A DNA stretch of 62,624 bases from positions 1-62,624 of the forward strand of contig CBDBBG010000332.1 of the NCBI GenBank assembly GCA_965202585.1, in the 5' to 3' direction. The notes beneath the pieces were generated by a model. That model was not told the DNA's origin and made no database searches. It saw nothing but the letters and a program-made list of their open reading frames with translations. Positions 13,301 to 24,367 of this stretch are shown piece after piece; the stretch's first letter is position 1; every line of letters begins with the position of its first letter. The position numbers and the translations under genes are program-made. This stretch comes from Thalia democratica (taxonomy: Eukaryota).

Positions 13301-15666
13301 TATTAAGTGATAAAAAGGAGTTGGATTAGACCACGTGGTAATGTTAAGATGTTTTATCGTTCCTGTGTAGTTTTAAACTTTATGGTTGTCGTTGAAAAAA
13401 GTTAATTCATTTTTATACTTTATATTAAAGAATTTTTTTTGTTTACTTTTACTAGCAGTTTGATAAACTTAGTTTTGGTGTAATTTTAATTAATTTATAG
13501 TAGATTTTAATGAAAACCAATAATTTAGAGTTTCAAATTTCTTATGCTTTACTTTTCTTTCTCATACGCTTTAATGCAAGTAAAAAGACAAAAAAAAAAT
13601 TTTATTTGATTACAATCTTTGTTTAAAATGTGTTTAAGTAGTTTTTTTCGGAATTTTTAATGAATTTTTTAAACTTTTAATTTTTTTAAAGTTAGATAAA
13701 GTATGCAACACACTTAATTTTTTAATATGATGTAAATGGCGTTTACGACAAAATGTTGTTGTGTATATTTTTGTTGAATAACCAAGTTTCGCTGTACAAC
13801 TTATATTAATTCATCATTTTAGGAGATTAACTTGCAAATTTATTTTTTCGATCTTAAAAAACTTTAGATTACAAAAAACTTATTTCTTTAGTTAGTGATA
13901 TCCAAAGTGAATTATAAACTTATTTGTGTATAAATTAAACAAAACTAACAAAACTATTGTTCTTAAGTAGTTGAAATTATATGTACGATTAGTAAACACA
14001 AAACTAAACAACACTTTAAGCATTTAATTTTTATATTAGTTTGGTGCATTGTAAAGTTAATTTAAATTTTAAGTTAGTATATAAAGTTTGATGTATTAAA
14101 AAATCGCTTTCAGATTATTAATTCGATAAAAGTATAATCTTGCAATTTTCACTGATTAGTTTTATTTTTGTAATTACATACCATTTTTGAAAAATTATGA
14201 ATTAGTTTTACAATCCTTTTGATTATTTAAATCATTAAGCTTTCAAATTTAATATAATTTTGTTGCTTGTAAAGCTACTTTAAACTTTGAACATATAGAT
14301 TAAGTTTGGTGTAGTTTATTCGAATTTACAGATTTCTAAATTTGATTAACATTTTAATCTTGCAGTTATCACTCCTTAAATTTTTTTAAGTTACGTACTA
14401 TTGTAAAACAGTTTATTTTAATTTTAAAATATTTGTACTATCTGTGTCTTTAAAAGAGAACTTTAACAAATTGTTAGTAGTATAGCGGTTTGTAAGCTAA
14501 AATCAAAGAAATGCATATAAAATATCTGAACTAACTTACCTGAAATACGTGTTTGTTTTATAAAGTTTTCTTAAACCATTTAGTTTTAATGAAGCTATGG
14601 CAAGAATAAAGTTTAATTTTTTATAAATTTCAAATAGCCTTAGTAATTAAAAGTTATTTGTTTAAATAAGAAGTACTATAATAACTTAAGTTTTGCTTGT
14701 TAAAATAATAAATAAATTAAAGATTTTATATAAAAAGTTTAAATATAAAGGAATAATTGTTTATTATATAGACAATTATTTAAACACTTTGTGTTGTTTT
14801 TAACACAAAGTTTTAACTTAATTTTGTTTATAGCCCTTAGTTAGTAAAAAAGTTAAATAAAAAATATTTATCTATCTGACGTGTTACTATACACTTAATA
14901 CTATCAGTTATATGAGAAATACGCAATTATTTATACAATTATCTTTTTTAATTTAATTTTATGTTTTGGTACAGTTTCATTTTATTTTAAAATTACGCGA
15001 AATAGACTAAAATTGGTTATGTCATATATAAACTTAGATTTATTATTAAACGGTCTAACGCTGTATCCTTTTCAACAATTTTAGTGACGCTAACGTTATT
15101 TTAAATTGAAATTTTTATTAGTTTATTAGCATAAAATATCAAGGTAAAACATCGTTAAGTATTTTCTAAAGTGTTTTAATTTAGTTTAATTTTGTTTATA
15201 CTGTTTAATTTTAGGAAAACAGAAAATAATAGAGACTATACCAAAACGTTATACAATAGTGAGTTGTTATGCTATTAGATAATATTTGCTTACATTTTGT
15301 TTCAAACAATATTCAACTACATTTAGAAGCTTTTGCAATAATTATTAACATCACTTAAAGTATTTGTTATATGTAACTTTATTATACTATTAATTTTTTT
15401 CAATGTTAAGAAAAACTAAACTAAACAATTAATTAATAGCTATAAGATACACCAATATAGTTATATTTTATATAATGTTTAAACTTATTATAAGTGAGTT
15501 GTTTTACTCTTCAAATGCTTTGTGAATTTGTACCTGTAGACCGGGTTAAAATGATTAAGTAAAATTATGTCACTAATTTTTTTTTTTTTTTTTGTGTGAT
15601 AGTATTAAGGTTTTAATTAATATTTTAGCTAACTTAAGTGAAGATTAGTTTCTAAGATAAAGAAAA

Positions 15667-18600
15667 ATGAACAAACTTTTCTGGGCAACCTTTATTTTGA
15701 TGGTTTTCCTATGTGCTGGAGACGAATCAAATTCTAATGGTTCACCTTCCAATGGTGAAAATGGAAGTTCACCTTCCGGTGGTGAAAATGGAAGTTCACC
15801 TTCCGGTGGTGAAAATGGGAGTTCACCTTCCGGTGGTGAAAATGGAAGTTCACCTTCCGGTGGTGAAAATGGAAGTTCACCTTCCGGTGATCCTGAAAGT
15901 GGCGACAGTGGTGAGGCAAACTCAAATGCATCCGCAGGTGCGACTTAAAAATACAGATATGAATACTCTCACTTTGCTATTGTTCATTGAACGATAAAAA
16001 AAAGGGCATGATAAATTTTGTCTAAGTACCTGGTGTGCAAAGAAATCTTTAGGTTATCGAGTCGTACACCACATGCTTATAAAGTTTTTTACGAGCCATT
16101 ACACATATTTTTTGTTATAATTTAAATATTTAAATCTTTAATAATAAACAATCAGTAAAACGAAAAAAAAGAGAGAAAATAAAACTAAACGAAAGTTAAC
16201 TGAACTTTGTGTTTAGTAATGTACTATGAATCTTGTTTGGTAAAATACGTACTAAAAAATCTATATAACACTTTAAGTTGACTTTAAAAAGTAAATAAAC
16301 AACACTTATAACTAACGTTAGAATACTTGAATTATAGGTTACAACTTCTTTAAAGAAAGTAAAATGTAACACGCTGAAACTTTTTCACGAAACTTTTTCT
16401 TTTTAAGTGTTTTTGTTAAAAAGGTAATTTTTATTTACTTAATAATTTAACTTAAACAGTAAAAGCAATTTTACATTAGAATAGTTAAAAAAGATAAAAA
16501 ACTAAAATACTAAAAATCTTAAATATTTTTCTGCTCTTAAAAAAACTCTGCAGTCTTAAAAAATTTTTAAAGTATAATATAAGGTTGATATATTTAAAAG
16601 TATGTAAAAGTTAAACTAGCTGATTACGAGACTTTATACATAACAATTAAAACAAACGCTATTTAGATAAACGAGGATTTCCAAATATTCTAAACACTTT
16701 TTTTAACTAATAGAATCCTAAAAGTGTTGAAACGAAAACATAAATTTTTAAGCAAATATAAATTTAACACAGATGATGAAGAAGAAGAACAGTTATCAGT
16801 GTGCAAAAATAATGGAGTGTACAATAAAAGAAAATGTGTTTGTTTAGAAGGATTTAGTGGGCAGTTTTGCGAAATAAGTTCGTAAAACTTTTAGTTTTAT
16901 GTGTTATTACTGACGAGTCAAATTTTTGCAGTATTTTTTTTTAATAAGCTGATTAACCTAAGTCCCTTTTCATTAAATTATAGTTCAGCAAAAAGTATGT
17001 AGTAATAACTTATTTCAGCGTGACGTAATGGCTTACTCAAAAAACAAAATTTTAATTTTTTTAAAACAAAATTTATAAACGTTTTATTTTTTATTTACCA
17101 GGTGATAAGATAAAATGTAAAGAAGATAAAAAAAATCCTTGCAAAAACGATGCGACTTGCATTGACTGGGCAGTTGTGAAATCGACAGAAAGTTTTGACG
17201 TAAAAAGTCTGTTGTACAAGCAGAACAGAATAGTAAAGAACCAAACAATGTGCATTTGCAAGCCGGGATTTAAAGGAAAATATTGTCGACATGGTATGTG
17301 TCTTTTCATGTTGTAAGGATAAAGTATCAAACAAAAAAAGATTAAAAATAATCATTTCATTAATTATATTAAAAAAAGGGTTGATCATGCCAATTCGATC
17401 ATCAGACCACAAGTTTCGGTAGACTGAGACCGGTTTCGTCCTTATAAGGACTCATCAGTCAGTCACAACCGAAAAACCTGTAGTCGTCAATCTACAAACG
17501 GTTTATCATGCTTTCGCATGAAGCAAACAGGTTTTTCGGTTGTGACTGACTGATGAGTCCTAATAAGGACGAAACCGGTCTCAGTCTACCGAAACTTGTG
17601 GTCTGATGATCGAATTGGCATGATCAACCCTTTTGTTAAATTTGAGCTTGTCTCACGGCAAACGAAAGTCCGGACTTGTTTTGCAGACTTTCGCCGATTT
17701 TGTTGATTAATTATATTAATTGATAATTTTAGAAAATTTTTGTACACAATCGAAAACTAGTACTTACTAAATTACTTAATAAATTAATAAAAAAACAGTT
17801 TCTTTCTAACTGCTAAATTACTTACTAAATCAAAAACAAACAGGCCACTTTTATGTTATTAGCTAAATCAGTTTTATTAAGAAAAATCATAAACTCATCA
17901 ATGAAATATTAACAAGTTGCTTTTAAATGTTCATTATTTATTAGTTTACAATAGTATTAAACAAAGCAAGAACTTAAAGATTCACGTTTATAAAAGTTAG
18001 CAGTTTTGCTTGTGTTTAAAACAATTATAAAAAAAAAAAAGCTTCTTAAAGCATCATGTTTGTTTAACAACCTAAAATAGTTATATTTAGCTATAAAGTA
18101 TTGTTATTGAAAAAAAAATAGGCTTATTGTAATTATTTAAAAGTAAATTTAAAAAAAAAGACAGAGTATTTATAAACAAAACAGTTTCAAGTTTTTATCT
18201 GAACACACTAAAACAATAATTTCAATAAATGATATGTTCAAAACTTAAACAGATTGTAATTCGTGTGCTTATAACAAGGAATGTTATTTTAACAGCCAGA
18301 AGGGCTTCTTAAATGGAAATCCCGTGAAAAGATCGAGACATTATAATTGCCACAAACTTAAAATTCTTTCTTACGGTTTTTAGTTTTAGTAGTTGTTTGT
18401 AACACTAAAAATCTTACACAATCTATTACAGATTAAAGTTTGTTATAAAGACAGTATGTTTGTTTATATAAAAAGCTGGTTTGTATTAGATTAAATAGCT
18501 GATTTACTCATGCATTGCTACTTCTTGAAACATTTAGTTTTAATTTATGCAATAGTTTGTTAAAAAATATATTAATTTAACTTAAGCTCTGCCTAACATT

Positions 18601-20613
18601 AAAATGAGTTACACGACATTAAAACTTGTCTTTTAGTCTTATTACTGCTTAAAACATTTAGTTGTGTTTTATGAATTAGTTTTTATAAAAATATATTAAT
18701 TTAACTTAAGCTTTGTCTAACATTAAAATTAAGTTACACGACATTAAAACTGCTGGTTACTCAGGCGCTGAGTCTTGCGGCGAATGCGATCACCGCAAAA
18801 CTTGCTTGACAATCGGATTGAGCCATAATTATACTGAGGGCATATGCGTTGCGACCAAAACAGAGGAACTACCAAGTTAGTTTGTATTAAGTTTTGTTGC
18901 ATATGTGTTATTTATTGCAAGTCAAGTGCTTTTGCAACTACAGGTAAAAGTACCAAAAAAAGTTTTTTTAAATATTTCTTTATTGTTATTATGAGTATAT
19001 ATACTTTTATTAAGACTTGTGCAACCTTAAATTATTAACAATTCCATTATTTCAAAAGAACAATGTTTAAAGAAGAACATGATAGTTTACATAACATAAT
19101 AAAAAATAATTGGTATTGGTTGATCATATCTACTTAACCTTTTTCTGATATTTCTGAGTTTTAATTATTTTTTTTTACTCGGATTCGAAATTTCGGACTT
19201 TTTGAAAATTAATTAATAGGGAGGAATTCAAAAACAAAATAATTAAAAGCTTGAAAAAAAGATTGTGAAAAACTCCAAGTGTCTTTGAAGGGCCTAAATG
19301 CATATTGGTATTTTGTATTTGATATAATATTAAACAAACAGATAAGGAATGCAATAGCTGTGTTGAGCCAAACAAATGTGTTAAAAACAGATTCTACTCA
19401 AAAAATTTTGAAAAAAATTATAAAGACGTCTTTATGTGTCAAAAAGAGTCTTTTAACAGTAAGTTTGTTTTTTTGTAGTTTTTAAAACGCAATACAGTCT
19501 AAAAGTGTATAAATACAACTATTTATTTAGTGGTTTTTATTTATTAGTTTAAAGAAAAAAAAAATTAAATGATTTTGTTGATATCATGAAAAACACTAAT
19601 TAATGCGTGTATTGTTAAAAATTTAAAATAAACTTGCCGTAAAAATAAGTTTTAAAATAAAAAACACTCAAACAACAAACTAATCTTACATATTTAAGTA
19701 GAACAGGAACAAAAAACAATCTGTTTTAGGTCTCTAAGGTGTTTAGCACACCATGCTTTTTAATTTCAATAGTAAGCTAAAAAAATAACGTTAAAAAACA
19801 CACACAGGTACTGAAGGAAACGGTGGAATTGCGGGGGATAATAGTGAGCTTTATTTTTATTTTTCGTAAGCCTAAAATAGCTAGGAATTTTTTTAGGTTT
19901 GAAACAAATTACAATAACTAAAATAAAAATATACGATCAGTATTAGCAAAACCTATTTTGAATTGAAAACAGAAAATGTTCAAAACAAAATCATCATTTT
20001 TGTATTATAAAATTATTTAATTCATATTTTACTCTACATTGTGTGCGGGTATAATTATAATATAATTCTTTCAAAAAAATAATTTGTTAAACATTTTATG
20101 TATCTGCTGAAGAATTCTATAATTATTTACAAATTTCAAAAACCCTTTGTTTATATTCTCAACAACTTGTTTGTGCAGATTCTTTTGTGAACCAAGTTTT
20201 TCAATGGGAGTACATTCTGGCTGCTGCGGGAGGAATTTTAGCGATGATTTTATTCTATTGTTTTCTAACACGTCGGTCAAATAAAAGGTTATTTTTTACA
20301 AAATCTATTAAACTAGAATATTAAATACAATCTCCTCGCACTATAGTTTTTTTTTACTTTCTGCAGAGAACAAGCGATTGACGGAGAAGATGAAAATGAT
20401 GAAAACAATTATGATGATGAGAATTATGAGGATTCTGAAAATGTGAACGCAAAGATGGCCTTTAACGAGGAATATTATAACCGCCCGGTCAGTTGTAACT
20501 GGACGCCAACAAATTATCACCAAAACGTGAACGAATGCGATCTTATGGGACCGGTCTACGGTGTTGAGGACACAAGAGTCGAAATTTGGGATCGCATTCA
20601 TGATAAGAACTGA
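15667..20613 (+). CDS. Type I membrane protein (~432 aa): signal peptide, GENGSSPSG repeat, 2 EGF-like domains, 3 four-Cys modules, TM helix, acidic Tyr-rich tail; exons 15667-15937, 16773-16877, 17102-17293, 18253-18375, 18765-18875, 19342-19458, 19808-19843, 20179-20275, 20367-20613
   Basis: Exons join in one frame (1299 nt); ectodomain exons are phase 1-1. EGF motifs CKNNGVYNKRKCVCLEGFSGQFCE and CKEDKKNPCKNDATC...CICKPGFKGKYCRH. TM segment WEYILAAAGGILAMILFYCFLTRR. Some donors are weak (18375, 20275). Confidence 0.8.
15754..15888 (+). repeat. Coding tandem repeat, 5 x 27 bp (GENGSSPSG)
   Basis: Unit GGTGAAAATGGAAGTTCACCTTCCGGT repeated five times with one substitution. Confidence 0.95.
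17422..17464 (-). ncRNA. Minimal type I hammerhead ribozyme (minus strand)
   Basis: Reverse complement reads GACTGA-CTGATGA-GTCC ttataa GGAC-GAAA-CCGG-TC-TCAGTC. Core is intact, stem I is a perfect 6 bp, and predicted cleavage is between 17428 and 17427. Confidence 0.9.
17544..17586 (+). ncRNA. Minimal type I hammerhead ribozyme (plus strand)
   Basis: GACTGA-CTGATGA-GTCC taataa GGAC-GAAA-CCGG-TC-TCAGTC. Canonical CUGAUGA/GAAA core, palindromic stem III, GUC triplet ending at 17580. Confidence 0.9.
18524..18751 (+). repeat. Two-copy intronic tandem duplication, period ~124 bp
   Basis: AAACATTTAGTT...ATATTAATTTAACTTAAGCT...GTTACACGACATTAAAACT occurs twice. Confidence 0.8.
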
Positions 20614-23159
20614 TGAAATTTAAAATTAGTTGAACATTCTTTTCTATGTTTCAGTAAATGTATTAAGAACAAGTACTTTATCATAGCAATATGAGTATTC
20701 ACAGTAAACAATATATTTTTAACAATACTCAAAGAGTATAAAATTTGCAGCTAATTTTTTAAAATACTTTATTTTAGCTTACTGACAATTTTAAATATAA
20801 GTTATCTTACTTGATAACATTATTGTTTTTAAATTTGTAACAGTTATTTTTTTCTGTTACTTAATTATATTACTTATGTTAATTTGATTTTAAAACTTTT
20901 GATTAATATAAATTTATTTCTGTTGAAGTTATTTTGTCGTTCTAATTAACTGTGCTTAAAACATAAGCTGCGAATTAGAATTATCTTTTTATAATCTCTA
21001 TATATAGTTATTAAGTACAGAAATTAAATAAATTTTTAAATTTATTCAAAGAAATACTCATATTTTTAAAGCAAAATAATTTCTGTTGGTGGATAAATAC
21101 TTTTTAAACATAATCACTTTCTATAAATTCTAACGAATTTTATAAATAAACTTTTCTTTTGTGTGTTGTATTTTAAGTTATGACTTCTTTTATATATTTA
21201 TTCTAATATTAGACATTACCTTAGACAAAATTGTAGATAAATTATGATTTTTTTTTCCCTAAATATGTAAATAGTTTAGATAAATTACTAATTATTCTGG
21301 TACAACTGTTTTACTGACCGCACAAAGTAAACAAGGTTTTCATTCAGTTTATTACCAAACTAAAGTTTAATAATTTCAAATGTAAATTAGGTAGGTCTTT
21401 AAAAAATAATTCTATAATCATATTAATAGCATACTTAGCTTTAAAAAAATACCTGTTAACAAAAAAGTTGTTAGTTTTAATCAATTAGTGTTGGTCCTGA
21501 TTTAGAAAATGACAAGTCTACACAATTTTAATGACGTCACAATGAAAATAAAAATTGTCGCTGCAACGAGATTACCCAAAAAGGAACCCCTATAAAGACC
21601 TACTGAAAATACTTACGATAATATAATTAATAGTTTTAATAATTTTATGTTAGCTACGTTACATCTTGAATACGTACATTGAAGAGTGTTAACAGTTAAA
21701 AAAGCTTATGGTATATTTTGAGATAAGCTGGAAAACAAAAGATTTATATTAAGTAAACGAAACTAAGAAAACTTTAAATTAAATAAACTTAATTTTCCTA
21801 AAATGGAATAACAATAAAACATACAGCATGTATATGTACTTTAAAACAAGCTACTCCTTCTTAAATTTCTTCAGCTAATAAAGGTATTGATTTAAGTTTT
21901 TAAACCATTTGAAGAGTTATTTAAACATAATATAAAAGGTAAACAAAAATATACGAATTTTTAACTTTAAAACTTTCATTTTTAAGAAGCAAAAAAAATG
22001 TTAACAGACATAAGAATTTTCTATGACTCATATAAAACTATACTAGTTTTTTTACTAATTTGTTAATATTAGTTTAAGTTAAAATAACTAAATGTAAAAC
22101 AGTATGTGTCTAAGAAAGCACCAACTATAATCAAGTACAATACTACAATAAAAGTAATACTACAATATAAATAGTAAAAGAATAAAAGTAATACTACAAT
22201 ATAAATAGATTAAATATATACAAAACAAGTTATAATTTTTTTAAGTCCTGTGTAGTCGCCGTTAAGGTAACTTAAATTTGTGCAAAATAAGCTGAAATAA
22301 AAAATTATGTGCAAACGAAGCTCTAAATTTCTTAAATATTTTCCTAATATTTTTTCTCTTCTTGCATAATTTAATTTTTTTTACCGGGTAAACTTTATCT
22401 TTAATCTGATATTTGTTTTTAAACATCAGAAACTTTTTCTTGCACCAAAATTCTAAGAATATGTATTAAAAGCTTTCTTAAACTTTTATTCTTCTGGCCC
22501 TTTTTCAATAAGTTATAATAAGCCTTCCTAATACAGTTCTTACAAAACCTACGCTGGCATATTTTGTTGCTCTCTTTCACTAACTCCAAAACATCTAGAG
22601 TAAGTTTCAAATGACGCCCCCCCTCTTTGAAGCTAATGACCCTCTAACTTTTTAAAGTAACCCATTTTTTAAAGCCCTGGTCCAGTGAATGTTTGAAATG
22701 TTTCCATAATATCTAGTGTAGGTTACGAAACTACCCTTAATGCGTCTGATTCCTTTTTTTCTCTTCATCATCAACTCTGAAAAATCTGGTGTAATTTGAA
22801 ATCGTCACCCATTTACTATTTATGCCTGTTATTAAGAAATCTTACGCATTTTGCAACTCTGGTTTGCAAATAAAAACCATTCAAATGATACTTACTTGTT
22901 TAAAATTATTACTTAAAGTTTATACTTTTATAGTTATTTTAGATAAGGAAGTATTATTTCAAACAAATACTTACTTCTAAAAAAAATTGACCTTCAAAGT
23001 CGGTTAAATTAAGAATCTGATAGAACTTTTTAATCCTTTGTAAAATCATAAGTTTTTAAGAACTTAATTTTATTGTTGAATATATTTTTCATTAATAAAT
23101 AACCATTTATCAAAGTCGTATGCTTTTCTAAAATAACTTTTCAAATTAAAAGACTTATT

Positions 23160-23945
23160 CATATTAGCTTGTTAAGTGATGTTGAAAAACAAAGTAGTAG
23201 AAAGCTTGATTAAACAACAGATAAACACTTTGTAAAGAATGTTACATGAACTAAGACATACAAATTTATATGTAATATAATACATTTTAAGAACTTATTC
23301 CTATTGTTGAATAATTCTTTCATCGATGAATGATTATATTGTAATTTTGTATGATTTTGTATACAAAACTTGATTATATTAACAGGTTTAAGCATATTAA
23401 CTTGTTAAGTGGCATAGAAAAACAAAGTAATATAAAGCGTGATGAAAAAACAGAAAAACACTTACTAAAGAATGTTACATAGACTTAGACATATTAATAA
23501 ATATGTGATATGATATACTTTAAGAACTTATTTCTATTGTTGATCATTTTTTTCATCGATGAATGATCATATTGTAAAGTTGTATGATTTTGTATACAAA
23601 ACTGAAATATATTAACAGATTTAAGCATATTAACTTGTTAAGTGGCATGGAAAAACAAAGTAATATAAAGCATGATGAAAAAACAGAAAAACACTTACTA
23701 AAGAATGTTACATAGACTTAGACATATTGATAAATATGTAATATGGTATATTTTAAAAACTTACTCTTATTGTTGAATAATAACTTATCAAAATTTTATT
23801 CTATTGTAGATAACCTTCATTAAATTAACAGATTTAATTGTATTAACTTTTAACTGAGATGTAAAAAACAAAGTATAATAAAGCAAGATTAAAAATCAGA
23901 AACACACTTTGTAAGGAATGTTATATAGACTGAGACATTTTAATG
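23160..23945 (+). repeat. Tandem repeat, unit ~233 bp, ~3.5 diverged copies
   Basis: CATATTA(G/A)CTTGTTAAGTG...AAAAACAAAGTA...AAAGAATGTTACAT starts at 23160, 23393 and 23626, with a degenerate partial copy near 23840. Confidence 0.85.
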
Positions 23946-24367
23946 TTTATTTGTTAAATTAAAAAATAAACTCTCAATTTGTTTATACTTTTCAGTTTAT
24001 GTTTTTTGTTAGTAAGTCTCTGCTATAATACTAGTCTATTTCTAAAAATACTTTGTATTTATTTAGTCTAACAATATCATTAGTATCTAAACAGTATTTA
24101 TAATGCTAGTGCTAATATTATCTAAAGCTTTTAGTTTTTAACTTGTTGTTTATTTATGGCTCAAAACATAAATGTAAAACTTACCAACATCGTAAGATTT
24201 TATTTGATAGTGTATTTCTTAGTTTAATGATAAAACATTCAATTTAATACATTTCTCACTCGGCAGTTAGTATGTTCCTTAAAAAAGAGTTCTAAAAAAT
24301 TTTATTGTAAATATGATCTCCAACTAAATTATTCACATTTAAAGCTAAAAATGTGCAATTTGTTTTA

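Larger units (their letters stand above)
17373..17705. mobile_element. 333-bp non-autonomous PLE/retrozyme-like insertion with an inverted hammerhead pair and a 14-bp TSD
   Basis: Direct repeat ATTAATTATATTAA at 17359-17372 and 17706-17719. Inverted arms 17369-17481 / 17527-17639 (2 mismatches, 45-bp spacer). Additional hairpin CGAAAGTC...GACTTTCG at about 17656-17696. Confidence 0.8.

Noticed and set aside
15754-15888. CRISPR-like appearance of the short repeats here and at 35110-35862
   Set aside because: No unique spacers, eukaryotic context, and the repeats are protein-coding.
15713-15997. VVKMEVHLP and HFHHRKVN repeat ORFs
   Set aside because: Shadow frames of the 27-bp coding repeat.
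17095-17412. Minus-strand ORFs of 79 and 105 aa
   Set aside because: Antisense of EGF exon 3 plus the inserted element; no independent coding signal.
22419-22825. Possible two-exon minus-strand gene with CQRRFCKNC
   Set aside because: The upstream candidate exon hits a stop after a 7-A run; no consistent start or recognisable domain.
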